DNA of 64,000 nucleotides from an uncultured Candidatus Saccharibacteria bacterium (GTDB lineage Bacteria; Patescibacteriota; Minisyncoccia; UBA6257; 2-01-FULL-56-20): NCBI GenBank assembly GCA_964365185.1, contig CAYIOP010000002.1, positions 66,684 to 130,683 of the forward strand, read 5' to 3'. Shown piece by piece: positions 28,065 to 38,178 of this stretch (position 1 is its first letter; each line of letters starts with the position of its first letter). The notes under the pieces were generated by a model. It saw only the letters and a program-made list of their open reading frames with translations, ran no database searches and was not told where the DNA came from. The position numbers and the translations under genes were made by a program.

Positions 28065-28442
28065 CTCTTCTCTCCTCTTCTGTTAAATTTCTATCGTTTC
28101 TTTCTAATTTTCTGTTTTCAAAAAGCACTTGCCCGCTAAGTTTTCTAAAAGAAAATTTTGGCGGGATTGCCCGTCTCAAAGTAATCTTTGATTCGGGACT
28201 ACATTCTAAATTTTCCCAGTCAATTTGTCAAAGCCTATTTATCTCTGTTATCCTAAAATATCAATCAGTTTTAGTCATATAATTTTAAATGTTTATAAGC
28301 CCAATTTCATTAAGAAAACTGTTTCGCAGGTCGAAGCGGGCAGGGTTCGAATGTAATGAGAGAGCGAGACCGAGAACAAGCGCAATTTTCTCGCTGGGAA
28401 AATTGATAGCGTGTTTTCGTGTGAAATTGGGCAAACTCTATT

Positions 28443-29270
28443 ATGTCTAACCCCAAAGTCACAATTTTAATGGCCACCTACAATCGGGCCCACTTGATCG
28501 GCAAAACCATTGAGAGTTTACTTAGTCAAACCTTTAAGGACTGGGAATTAATTGTTCCCGATGACGGTTCAACCGACAATACCTCCGAGGTTATCAAAGT
28601 GTGGCAAAAAAAACTACCCCGCTTGATTTATGTTCAGAATAAAATAAATCAAGGTATCTCTAAAAACTACAACTCTGGTTTGAAGCTCGCAAAAGGGGAA
28701 TACATCGCCATGATTGACGACGATGACCCTTGGTGTGACCCTAAAAAACTCGAAAAACAAATTAAATTTTTGGATGAAAATAAAGAATATATCGGTTGCG
28801 GCGGGGGAATGATTATCGTTAATTTAAATCACCAAGAACTTTATCGTTATTTAAAGCCCGAAACCGACAAGCAAATCAGAAACCGCATGCTCTTCGGCAA
28901 CCCCATGGCCAACTCCACCACTCTTTTCCGCCGCGCATCTGGCGAGAAAGTTGGCTGGTATGATGAAACCACGCGCTACTCTGGCGACCGCGACTTTTGG
29001 CTCAAAATGGGCACGACTGGCAAGCTCTATAACTTCCCCGAGTATTTTTCTTATTACACAATGTCCGGACTAAACACTTCGATTGCGCAGATGCGCCCTC
29101 ATCTTAAGGCCTCGCTTAAAATCATGCGCCGCTATAAAAATAATTACCCTCACTACTTTTCAGCTCTGATTTTAAACTGGATTCAATACCTTTACGCTTT
29201 CCTGCCTAATTTTATCAAGCAACCGGTTCATTATTTATTGGCTCGTCTAAAACGTTTCCTCGTAGGATAG
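28443..29270 (+). CDS. glycosyltransferase family 2
   Basis: VTILMATYNRAHLIGKTIESLLSQTFKDWELIVPDDGSTDNT and IDDDD motifs. Confidence 0.75.
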   Translation: MSNPKVTILMATYNRAHLIGKTIESLLSQTFKDWELIVPDDGSTDNTSEVIKVWQKKLPRLIYVQNKINQGISKNYNSGLKLAKGEYIAMIDDDDPWCDPKKLEKQIKFLDENKEYIGCGGGMIIVNLNHQELYRYLKPETDKQIRNRMLFGNPMANSTTLFRRASGEKVGWYDETTRYSGDRDFWLKMGTTGKLYNFPEYFSYYTMSGLNTSIAQMRPHLKASLKIMRRYKNNYPHYFSALILNWIQYLYAFLPNFIKQPVHYLLARLKRFLVG

Positions 29271-30714
29271 CTCTTAAATTTTTAAGTAAAGATTCTTTCA
29301 TTAGGTAAAGCAGACCAAAATATAGAGTCATCCCAACTCCAATATTTACAAATAAATTTAAACCTACTCGGTGTAATCCAAAAATTATTATTGCCATTAC
29401 TGCCGATGCCATAACTATTTTCTTTAATTTCGGTAAAACCGAAAAATCAACCAGCTTTCTGGCTTTATTCCAAATATAAATATTAGCGATAACTTGAGCG
29501 AAAAAAGTTGCGACTGCCGATCCGCTAATCCCAAATCTTGGAATTAAAATCAAATCAAAAACAACATTGGACAATCCTCCTAAGGCCGCAAATTTTACCA
29601 GGTCTCTTTGTCTATCATAAGCAAAAATAATATTTGACATAATCACTGCCGCGAAGTTAATACTGAGCGTTGCAAAAAGAATTCTAAGCGGCAAAACTGA
29701 ACCCGCGTAAGCTCCGCCAAAAATTACTCGAATCATGTCGCCCCCTAAAACTATTCCCCCTAGAACAATCGGCAAAGAAATCAAATAAGCCATGCTTAAT
29801 ATTTTTTCCACCACCCCTTTTATCCTTTCCTGATTCTTGTTTGCTAATCTGGATAAAGTTGGAAAGACGCTGGTGGCGAGTATGGCCGGCAATAAATATA
29901 AAAATTGAACTATTCTGTCTGCTGCCGAATACAGCCCTACTTCTTTTGCTGATAAAAAATACCCAATCAAAAGAATGTCGGTGTTAATCATTAAACTACC
30001 CAAAACCGAAGATATTACAAAAGGCCAAGATGCTCCCAAAATCGAGCGGACTAATTTTAATTTGAAATTTGAAAAAATTTTTTTAAAGTAATGTCGTAAA
30101 GAAAATAAAGTCGCTATTGCTCCGATTCCAATTCCTGCCGCGTAAGCGTAAGAAAAAAATTGAACATTAGGATAAAAACGTAAAGTTAAAAATCCAAAAA
30201 TAACAATTAAAATATTAGTCAAGAGATAAAATCCTGCCTCCCACTCCATTTTCTCAAGCGCCCGAATCAGAGAAAATCCTAATCCTTGAAAAGTATCAAA
30301 AACAATAATTAATGAAATAATTGGAAATAAAAATGTGGCCTCTTTAATCGTTGAAAGCGAAGGAGCAATAAAAATTACAATCAAAACAGCGATCAAAAGC
30401 AGCGCCGCTTTCATGAAAAAAGCCGTTGAAATAATCTGGGCTTTTTTGGTCGGGTCATCCGTCCGAGAGGCCTCTTTGGTTAGAATCGGACCTATTCCAA
30501 AGTCAGTAAAAATAGTTATCAAGGCCGCAAAACTAACCGCGTAAGAAAAAAGACCCCATTCATGGGCACCCAGTATTCTCGCCGAATAAATAATAATTAC
30601 GGCCTTAATCAATCTACCCCCCAAATTACTTACTCCCAGCCAGAAAGCATTTTTAGCCACCGTTTGCCCCGTGGTTTTGTTTTGAAACAGCAAGGACTTT
30701 ATTTTATTTAGCAT
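29215..30714 (-). CDS. oligosaccharide flippase (Wzx/MOP superfamily)
   Basis: 499 aa, about 12-14 TM helices, organisation typical of polysaccharide biosynthesis flippases. Confidence 0.6.
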   Translation of the reverse strand: MLNKIKSLLFQNKTTGQTVAKNAFWLGVSNLGGRLIKAVIIIYSARILGAHEWGLFSYAVSFAALITIFTDFGIGPILTKEASRTDDPTKKAQIISTAFFMKAALLLIAVLIVIFIAPSLSTIKEATFLFPIISLIIVFDTFQGLGFSLIRALEKMEWEAGFYLLTNILIVIFGFLTLRFYPNVQFFSYAYAAGIGIGAIATLFSLRHYFKKIFSNFKLKLVRSILGASWPFVISSVLGSLMINTDILLIGYFLSAKEVGLYSAADRIVQFLYLLPAILATSVFPTLSRLANKNQERIKGVVEKILSMAYLISLPIVLGGIVLGGDMIRVIFGGAYAGSVLPLRILFATLSINFAAVIMSNIIFAYDRQRDLVKFAALGGLSNVVFDLILIPRFGISGSAVATFFAQVIANIYIWNKARKLVDFSVLPKLKKIVMASAVMAIIIFGLHRVGLNLFVNIGVGMTLYFGLLYLMKESLLKNLRAILRGNVLDEPINNEPVA

Positions 30715-30766
30715 TTAATGTAGTATGTTCTTTAATCCTAATCAATTCCGCTTCTGAAAGAAAGTC

Positions 30767-31276
30767 ATGGATAAAAATAAAGAAAAAATAATTGTCGCGG
30801 TGAGCGGCGGCTTTGACCCGATTCACATCGGCCACATCCGTCTCTTTAAGCACGCCAAAGCGCTCGGCGATAAATTAGTCGTTATTTTAAATAACGACCA
30901 CTGGATTCAAAAAAAGAAAGGCCATGTCTTTATGCCCCAAGACGAGCGCAAAGAAATTATTGAGGCCTTGGAGGGTGTGGATGAAGTTGTTTTAACCCAG
31001 CACGGGTTAAATCCCTCTGATATGAGCGTTTGTTTGGAACTCGGCGAAATCAAGCCCCATATTTTCGCGCAAGGTGGAGACAGAAACAAAGAAGACGCGC
31101 AAAATCCCAATTCTTCCCAGAATCCCGAAGCGGTTTTATGTAAGGATTTAAATATCGAAATTGTCTATAACGTTGGCCATGGCGGCAAAGTCCAATCCAG
31201 CTCCTGGTTGCTCAATCGCTATCTCGCAGTTAAAAATAGTTTCAACTCTCATCCTAAAAAATCAAAAAACTCTTAA
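30767..31276 (+). CDS. cytidylyltransferase-like nucleotidyltransferase (RfaE domain II / TagD-like)
   Basis: IVAVSGGFDPIHIGHIRLFKHAKALGDKLVVILNND (HxGH motif) ... FAQGGD. Low-complexity C-terminal tail. Confidence 0.55.
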   Translation: MDKNKEKIIVAVSGGFDPIHIGHIRLFKHAKALGDKLVVILNNDHWIQKKKGHVFMPQDERKEIIEALEGVDEVVLTQHGLNPSDMSVCLELGEIKPHIFAQGGDRNKEDAQNPNSSQNPEAVLCKDLNIEIVYNVGHGGKVQSSSWLLNRYLAVKNSFNSHPKKSKNS

Positions 31277-31334
31277 TTCCTACCTCCTACCTCCTAAATT
31301 CTAAATTCTGTATTCTAAATTCTATTTCCTAATC
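31274..31334. repeat. heptamer-periodic array (TAATTCC/TACCTCC/TAAATTC units x 9) between convergent genes
   Basis: taattcc tacctcc tacctcc taaattc taaattc tgtattc taaattc tatttcc taatc. Same unit family as the 24042 array. Confidence 0.6.
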
Positions 31335-32294
31335 TTTATATACTGCGATATACGCCTCCTTGTTATGTACTAATTCTTGCGCTGTTTTTTCCGTCGCTTC
31401 TTTTGAATTGAACTTTGGATTATAACCGAGCGTCCGAATTTTAGAATCATCAAATTCATAAGTCGCCACATCTCCCGGCCAAGCCGGACCATAAGTATAA
31501 TTAACTTTTAAGTCTTTAAGGCCCTTCTCTTTTAAAAGCGAAGCTAAGATTTCATTAACTGATACCAGCGGCGTGTTGCCAATATTAAAAACATTATACT
31601 GCTCTTGCGCCTTCTGCCAGCCGAGCAGCATAGCATCCACTAAATCTAAAACATAAATGTAGGGTTTGGCTTGTTTGCCGTCTTGAGCCACGGTAATTTG
31701 CGTCGGGTCTTTTTTCAAAAATCTCAAAAAATTAATAAATACCCCGTGCGTTCCTCTGGGGCCACAGACATTTGGGAATCTAAAAATCCAAACCTTAGAA
31801 TTATTAACGTGGGCGAAAGCAAAAATAAATCCCTCGGCCGCCAGTTTCGCCGCGCCGTAATTTGATTGAGGCGCGAGCGGCCCAAAATTTTCCGCAATTT
31901 TGCCTCTGGTCTCGCCGTAAATTGCCGAGGTTGAAGCAAAAACAATTTGTTTCACCCCGTTTTTCTTCATTGATTCCAAAACCGCGGTTGTTGTTTGAAA
32001 TGTATTTTTCAAATCCACTTCTGCCTTGTAAGAGCCGGCTTCAATGTCAGAATTAGCCGCTAAATGAAAAACGCAGTCCGGTTTAAAATCTTCAAAAATT
32101 TGATTAACTTTTTCCGTCTCCGAAACATCAATTTCAATAAATTTAAAATTCGGATTATTTAAATGATGTTCAAAATGCTTTTTGGTACCTAAAGTAAAAT
32201 TGTCAAGCGACAAAATTTGGTGACCCTCCTTAATTAATCGGTCAACTACATGCGAGCCAATAAACCCCGCCCCGCCGGTTACGATAATTTTCAT
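31329..32294 (-). CDS. NAD-dependent epimerase/dehydratase (UDP-sugar epimerase/decarboxylase-like)
   Basis: MKIIVTGGAGFIGSHVVDRL motif and SDR YxxxK. Confidence 0.65.
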   Translation of the reverse strand: MKIIVTGGAGFIGSHVVDRLIKEGHQILSLDNFTLGTKKHFEHHLNNPNFKFIEIDVSETEKVNQIFEDFKPDCVFHLAANSDIEAGSYKAEVDLKNTFQTTTAVLESMKKNGVKQIVFASTSAIYGETRGKIAENFGPLAPQSNYGAAKLAAEGFIFAFAHVNNSKVWIFRFPNVCGPRGTHGVFINFLRFLKKDPTQITVAQDGKQAKPYIYVLDLVDAMLLGWQKAQEQYNVFNIGNTPLVSVNEILASLLKEKGLKDLKVNYTYGPAWPGDVATYEFDDSKIRTLGYNPKFNSKEATEKTAQELVHNKEAYIAVYKD

Positions 32295-32339
32295 GAAATT
32301 AAGTTTAAGAGTATAATCTTTCTTAAGTTATCACCTTTT

Positions 32340-32984
32340 ATGAAAAAATCAAATTTTGACGCCATCTTTATTCCTTCTGGCGGACTTAAAAAGAATGGCG
32401 TTCCACATGAATGGGCTAAGCGCCGATTAGACAAAGTTTTGGAAATTGAAACAGGAAAAGAATACATTATTCCACTTGGCTCAGGCACTCCTTATGCCCC
32501 CCCTATCCTTAATAAAAAAGGTTTTCAAATTAAAGAATGTGTTGCTTCAGCCGATTATTTAGTTAGCCGAGGTCTTCCTAAAAAAAGAATTCTAGTAGAT
32601 AAATTTTCAGACGATACAATTGGCAACGGTTATTTTTCCAGAATTTTTTTCGCCGATCCATTTGGCTTTAAAAAAATTTTAATCATCACTTCTGACTATC
32701 ACCTGCCTAGGGCTAAAGCTATCTTTGAATGGATTTATAGTCTTACTCCGCGGAAGCATAAATATTCTCTTGGTTTTGTATCGGTCCGAGATGCTGGCCT
32801 AAACCTCGGCTTAATTCGAAATAGAATCAGGAAAGAAAAAAAGAGTATCAAGAAGATTTTTATTATGCGCCAGAAAATCAAAACCTTAGAACAATTTCAT
32901 CGTTGGCTTTTTACCAAACATGCGGTTTACGCCTACGGTTTAAAACTACAAAAAATTTCAGCCGAAGTTTTAAAAACCTATTAA
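32340..32984 (+). CDS. DUF218 (YdcF/ElyC/SanA-like) domain protein
   Basis: DAIFIPSGG...ILIITSDYHLPRAKAIF fits DUF218. ATG at 32340 is chosen over the listed 32250 start, which overlaps the divergent gene. Confidence 0.45.
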   Translation: MKKSNFDAIFIPSGGLKKNGVPHEWAKRRLDKVLEIETGKEYIIPLGSGTPYAPPILNKKGFQIKECVASADYLVSRGLPKKRILVDKFSDDTIGNGYFSRIFFADPFGFKKILIITSDYHLPRAKAIFEWIYSLTPRKHKYSLGFVSVRDAGLNLGLIRNRIRKEKKSIKKIFIMRQKIKTLEQFHRWLFTKHAVYAYGLKLQKISAEVLKTY

Positions 32985-32990
32985 CTCTTC

Positions 32991-34007
32991 ATGAAAATTT
33001 TATTAACCGGCGCCTCAGGCTATCTCGGTTCGCTCTTGGTCGATTCCTGGCTTAATAATCCCGAGGTCGAAAAAATTATTACGATTGATCTAAAAGATCC
33101 CCAGTTTATTTTTACCAAAGACCATCCTAAAATTCACTTCATCCAAGGCAACCTGGCGGATTTAAATCTCGATGAAATCCTCGAGGATTTTTTTCCAATT
33201 GATGTTGTTGCTCACGCCGCTTATCTGATTCGCACCCCGTTTTTTAAAAAGGACTTGAATTATCAAGAAAGATCCAATTTTTTGGGCGCGGAAAATGTTT
33301 TTAAGTTTACTTTCAGAAATCAAATCCCCACTCTGATTCATTTTTCATCTGTTGCCATCTATGGCGCTAGGCCCGAAAATCAACTCGATGAACCCTTTCA
33401 GGAATCCTCTCCTCTAAGAGAAGATCAGATTGCTTACGGCCGAGACAAAAAAAACATCGAAACTAAACTCGAAGAAATCTTTAAAAAATATCATCCCGAA
33501 ACTAATGTGTTTATTTTGAGGATTGGTTCTGTCTCTGGTCCTTTCGGCAAAAATATTTTGCATAAAAAAGGCCTTCAGAGTTTCTTTCGCGGCCTTCTGC
33601 CGTTTATTCCGGTTGTCGGTTCCAGTTCTGCCCGGCAGTTTGTCCACGAAGACGATATTGTTGCCGCCATCAATTTTTGTATCCAAAAAAAATCAGAAAT
33701 CGAAGAAAAATTTTCTGTGTTAAATTTGGCTCCCTCTGGCCACCTGACTTTTCGCGAAATCGCTAAACTTCTGGGAAAAATTCCCCTCCGAATTCCTAAA
33801 TTTCTAACCAGCGTGTTTTTTTCTTTAGTTTGGTATTTAACTCTCGGGAAAATTCCTACTCCTCCTTATGTTATCAACTCTTACGCTTATCCTATTGTTG
33901 TTGACGGCTCTAAAATCACCCGTTTTGGTTTTGAATACTATTATAGCGGCTTCGACGCCTTCCTCGCCTTGAAAGGCAAATACCAGAATTACACTAATAA
34001 CCTATAA
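32991..34007 (+). CDS. NAD-dependent epimerase/dehydratase-family protein
   Basis: MKILLTGASGYLGSLLV Rossmann motif. 338 aa. Confidence 0.55.
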   Translation: MKILLTGASGYLGSLLVDSWLNNPEVEKIITIDLKDPQFIFTKDHPKIHFIQGNLADLNLDEILEDFFPIDVVAHAAYLIRTPFFKKDLNYQERSNFLGAENVFKFTFRNQIPTLIHFSSVAIYGARPENQLDEPFQESSPLREDQIAYGRDKKNIETKLEEIFKKYHPETNVFILRIGSVSGPFGKNILHKKGLQSFFRGLLPFIPVVGSSSARQFVHEDDIVAAINFCIQKKSEIEEKFSVLNLAPSGHLTFREIAKLLGKIPLRIPKFLTSVFFSLVWYLTLGKIPTPPYVINSYAYPIVVDGSKITRFGFEYYYSGFDAFLALKGKYQNYTNNL

Positions 34008-34125
34008 CCTATTCTTACTCGCCTAAGCTTTAGGTAAAGACGGATTATCCATCTCTACTTCAAACATTTGCAATTTGCAGCATTCGCATGAAATTTGTAG
34101 ATTGGCATTACATTAGCGCAGCGTT

Positions 34126-35463
34126 CTACGCCCCCGAGAAGGCCAAAACCGTTTTCAAGGTTTTTAGAATAATCGCCAAATCCATCGCAAAAGACCGGTT
34201 TTTAATGTAGTAGATGTCGTACGCTAATCTCTCTCGGGCATTTTCCACCGAATCCCCGAATTTATCGTGGATTTGTGCCCAACCTGACAGCCCCGGCGTG
34301 GTAATCGTTCTTATTTGGTAATAAGGAATCTTCTCTTTTAAAAGTTGATAGTAATCCACAAAATCCGCTCGCGGCCCCACAAAAGATAATTCGCCTTTCA
34401 AAATATTCAAAACTTGCGGCCACTCGTCAATTCTTAATTTCCTCATAATTTTGCCGACTCCAAACACTCGCTTCTCATCACCCCTTTCTTCGGAAAAATT
34501 TTCCTTAACTTTATTATTCTCTTCGTTGCCATTATGCATAGTCCTAAATTTATAAAGCCAGAATTTTTTTTCTTTAAGTCCCACCCGCTCCTTTATAAAA
34601 AATGTCGGCCCTTTGGAACTTAAATTTATTAGCATGGTGATAATCGGCCAAAAAATCACTGTTATTAAAAGCACCGCTAAAGCCAGCGCCGCGTCTATGA
34701 ATCTTTTGGCAATATCGTATAAACCGTCCTTAATTTTAATTTTATCCACAAACCAATTCTCTTTAAGCTCGTCCATCGAAACTTTACCCAAAATATTTTC
34801 ATAAAATTCCGAAAAAAGAACCACGTTCGTGCCTTGGAGAATTTTTTCATAAATTTTGCTGCCAAAAAATCTGTCACTTTCCATCTGAGAAGGTATCACA
34901 ATCACCTGATTTTGATTTTTTTCTATGGCTTCATCAATTTTCTGAATGTTATATTCTTTAATCCAAGTGTTGATTTTATATCCTAACTGGCGATTCTCAT
35001 CAAGATAAGCCGCCAATTCTTCGGCATCCTGCCCCTTCGCGATCAAAAGCACGTTTGAAAGCGGCTGAGATTGTATAAGATAACCTCGCAAGATTTCTCT
35101 TAGCCCAAAATCAACACCGCCGAAAATTATCATGAAAATAATTAAAATTGTTTTCGGGCTCACATTAATTGTCGGTTGGAAGTAGAAATAAAAAGTGGCC
35201 ACCAAAAAAAATACCCCTATTCCTAGCAAAAGCGACTTTATGTATTTAAAAAGTTTAGAAAGATTATGCAGGTCATAGAGACCGAGCACGAAAAAAATAA
35301 TCACCAAACAAAAAAACATTACTGAAAAAGGCCCGAAATGGTCTTTAAAATTAACCGAATTGAAATTAAACCCTGCCCTCACGCCGAGCGCCAAAAAAAG
35401 CGCCAGATAAAAAGCCGCGGCGTCAATCACCAAAAAAGGCAGATTTTTAATAGTTATCTTCAT
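34126..35463 (-). CDS. initiating polyprenyl-phosphate hexose-1-phosphate transferase (bacterial sugar transferase, WbaP/PssY-like)
   Basis: C-terminal DEWPQVLNILKGELSFVGPRA motif diagnostic of the Bac_transf family. N-terminal TM helices. Confidence 0.75.
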   Translation of the reverse strand: MKITIKNLPFLVIDAAAFYLALFLALGVRAGFNFNSVNFKDHFGPFSVMFFCLVIIFFVLGLYDLHNLSKLFKYIKSLLLGIGVFFLVATFYFYFQPTINVSPKTILIIFMIIFGGVDFGLREILRGYLIQSQPLSNVLLIAKGQDAEELAAYLDENRQLGYKINTWIKEYNIQKIDEAIEKNQNQVIVIPSQMESDRFFGSKIYEKILQGTNVVLFSEFYENILGKVSMDELKENWFVDKIKIKDGLYDIAKRFIDAALALAVLLITVIFWPIITMLINLSSKGPTFFIKERVGLKEKKFWLYKFRTMHNGNEENNKVKENFSEERGDEKRVFGVGKIMRKLRIDEWPQVLNILKGELSFVGPRADFVDYYQLLKEKIPYYQIRTITTPGLSGWAQIHDKFGDSVENARERLAYDIYYIKNRSFAMDLAIILKTLKTVLAFSGA

Positions 35464-35736
35464 TGTTTATTTGATTTTTAAATTTATTATCCAAAAGGCA
35501 ATTCGGATTATAGACCATATATTTTTGTTAGCTTATTACAAAAATCCTGTTTTTGCCAACACCTGACTCCGTTTAGAAACCTTGGTTATTCATCACAGGG
35601 GTTTTGTGAGTAATTTTTTGACTTAGGTCTTTTGGCTAGGAAGAGAATTACTTACAAGACCCATAATCGCTTTGTTTTTGAAATAACACCTTGACTCCTA
35701 AAAACTCTAACTTTATACTTCTTTTATTATATAACA

Positions 35737-36486
35737 ATGGAAACTTCATCTAAGAAAAACGAATTCCTTCTCCCGGTCAGCATTCTTATTGCTGCTATTA
35801 TGATTTCCGGTTCAATTTTTTATGTTGTCGGCAGCCGTAAATCACCCGACCAAAATCAGAACTCTGGAAGCGAAACCGCTTCAGTTTCTTCTTTAAATCT
35901 AAATATTGCCGAAGACGAAGTCATTCTAGGCGACCCCAAAGCCCCAGTAACTTTAATAGAATACGCCGATTTTCAGTGCCCATTCTGCGCCAAACTTCAT
36001 TCCGAAACCATTCCTCTTTTGGTTAAAGAATATGTTAACACCAGCAAAGTTAAAATGATTTATCGCCACTTTCCTTTTTTGGGTCCTGAATCGCCCGCTG
36101 CCGCCGAAGCTGTCGAGTGCGCCAAAGATCAAGGCAAATTCTGGTCTTATGAAGGCGCTATTTACGACACTGAAATTCAAGACCAAATTGCCCATCCCGG
36201 CGCATTTGAAAACAACGGCAATTTAACCAAGGAACTTTTCGTAAAAATTGCCGGCGATTTCAAAATGGATACCGCCGCTTTTATAGATTGTTTTGATTCC
36301 AAAAAATACGCCGCGAAAGTTGAGAAAGATTATAAAGACGCCTCCGCTTCCGGCAAAGTTAAATCCACGCCCACGGTTTTTATTAATAATCAAATGATCG
36401 AAGGCGCCTATCCATACGCCACCTTTAAACAGGTTATCGATGCGGAGCTTTCTAAAATTAGCCCTTCCGCTGATTCCAAACAATAA
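35737..36486 (+). CDS. DsbA-like thiol:disulfide oxidoreductase with N-terminal membrane anchor
   Basis: DFQCPFCAKLH CxxC thioredoxin-fold motif after a signal anchor. Confidence 0.65.
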   Translation: METSSKKNEFLLPVSILIAAIMISGSIFYVVGSRKSPDQNQNSGSETASVSSLNLNIAEDEVILGDPKAPVTLIEYADFQCPFCAKLHSETIPLLVKEYVNTSKVKMIYRHFPFLGPESPAAAEAVECAKDQGKFWSYEGAIYDTEIQDQIAHPGAFENNGNLTKELFVKIAGDFKMDTAAFIDCFDSKKYAAKVEKDYKDASASGKVKSTPTVFINNQMIEGAYPYATFKQVIDAELSKISPSADSKQ

Positions 36487-36683
36487 TTTCTTCTGTGCTT
36501 CAAAATAAAATTCAAATTGGTCTTGGCCTTTGGATAATAATTTCTCCTTGGCTGCTTGGTTTTAGTGGCGCTTCGCCGATGAAATGGAGCAGTGTAATTT
36601 TAGGCACTGCGATTTTTCTAATTAATGTCTGGTTGGTCTTCGGCCGCGAACCCGCCCCTAACACCTAACACCTTATCTACTCC

Positions 36684-36917
36684 ATGCTCGTCCTTCTCTA
36701 CACCTATCCTAATTGTAAATATTCCCAAGTGGCTAAATCTTTTTTTAACCAGTATCAAATTCCTTATGATGAACACAATCTTGAAAATAATCCTAAATTA
36801 CAAGCCGCGCTTCATCGCGAATTCGGCGAGATCGGCACGCCTTTAATTATGATTGGCCGTGACGCTTTTATTGGTTTTAACAAAGAGGGGATTAAAAAAG
36901 TTTTAAATCTCGCCTAA
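36684..36917 (+). CDS. glutaredoxin/NrdH-like small redox protein (CxxS)
   Basis: LLYTYPNCKYSQVAKSFF is a glutaredoxin-like active-site region. 77 aa. Confidence 0.5.
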   Translation: MLVLLYTYPNCKYSQVAKSFFNQYQIPYDEHNLENNPKLQAALHREFGEIGTPLIMIGRDAFIGFNKEGIKKVLNLA

Positions 36918-38178
36918 TTTTTTTTACATTATATCAGATTAATCTTTTATAATGTAAAAACCTCTGATTAATATAGTGGTAAACCCCGTAGGAAATAAAG
37001 CGTTTGCCGTCAAAGATATTAATAACTTAAAAAGTTTGGGTAATCTTTAACTTTCAAAAAAACATATATTAATATTTAAAAACGCTTTTCCGGCAATTTC
37101 CTACGGGGTAAAAAAAGAGTCCGCATTTTCGAAGTGTTTCGATAGCGGGCTCACATTGTGCTCCAAAATATTTTGCCAGTTATATTGGACTTTACAGTCC
37201 GGGTGAGAGCGAATCCAAATTTTAGAGAATTTCCCTCTCAAAAATTCTGGCTTCCAAATAACAGTCGCAGCGCTGGACTTGCCGCTACGTTTTTTCTTTT
37301 TAAACTTCTACTTTAGTCCAGAAAAACTTACCCGGTGGTTCAGATGTCGGCATCCATGTCCTCCTTGCTATTTTGGGTAGCATGTTCCATAGATTGCGGT
37401 TCGCGTCTCCTTGTTGGCCAAAGAGACAGTGAGTGAAATTTAGAAAGGAGGGACTACGATCCAACTAGTAATATGAATCAGAGTCCCGGAAAAAATATCT
37501 TCTCACTTTTTCTCCTTTGGTTTCCTCCGATCTCTAACCATTTATGATGATTGTTTGAATCGGAGGTCGACCGGCCGGGATCAGCTCTTGGTGACGACGG
37601 AACTAATTAATTTCGCGCGATTCATCGCGGAGTGGATAATGTTCAAACCAATCATATCTTGTCTCACCTCCTTTCGGTTAGGATTGACCCTCGCCTTATT
37701 TAATTGTTGTTTTCCTGAAAAATAAGGTATTCTTCAGGTTCTAATTCAATTATAGCATACCCCCAAAAATTGTCAAGGACGCTGGAATTTCTGCTGTTTC
37801 CGAAGCCGCTGCCTGAAATAATATCCCTTTTGTCTCCAAGCAACTACTTTCGGCAACTGTTTCCTGATTAAAGTCAGGTGTCTGCTTCTTATAAACCCCC
37901 CTGATTTCTCCTTCCAACAATTCGTCTAGATTCGCTCACTGATGCTCCTTTTAGAAATAACTTAAATCCGATATTCAAATTGTCGAGGTGCTAAAATTAT
38001 TTATCCTTGATTCTAATCGTCTCAAATTAAAAATCAAGTGTCTATCTTCTAAATTGAGTTGAATTTTTTGATAATTCAATCCTTGATATTTTATTGTAAA
38101 TTGGTCATTGATAATTGGTAATTTCTATATGTATTGCCATCATATCTCCAGCATATTACCATTGTATTACTGCATTTT

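Noticed and set aside
28290-28345. gcaggtcgaagcgggcagggttcgaatg with a GGTTCGAAT T-loop-like motif. Considered a tRNA or tRNA fragment.
   Set aside because: No acceptor stem, D-arm or anticodon arm can be folded around it. It is probably chance or a very short remnant.
37640-37680. TCACCTCCTTTC resembling the 16S rRNA 3' terminus. Considered an rRNA fragment.
   Set aside because: The upstream sequence does not match the conserved 16S 3' domain (GTCGTAACAAGGTA...GGATCACCTCCTT). On the minus strand the same bases form an SD (aaaggaggtga) for a small ORF.
37100-37700. tmRNA or RNase P RNA candidate (GGGG...TTTCGATAGCGGG resembles the tmRNA 5' region; AGTCCGGG resembles RNase P P4).
   Set aside because: No tag-peptide reading frame ending in ..ALAA-stop, no tRNA-like 3' T-arm with CCA, and the RNase P conserved blocks (GGAAAGUCCGGGCUCC, GUAAGAGCGCACC) are absent. 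It is kept only as an unassigned structured region.
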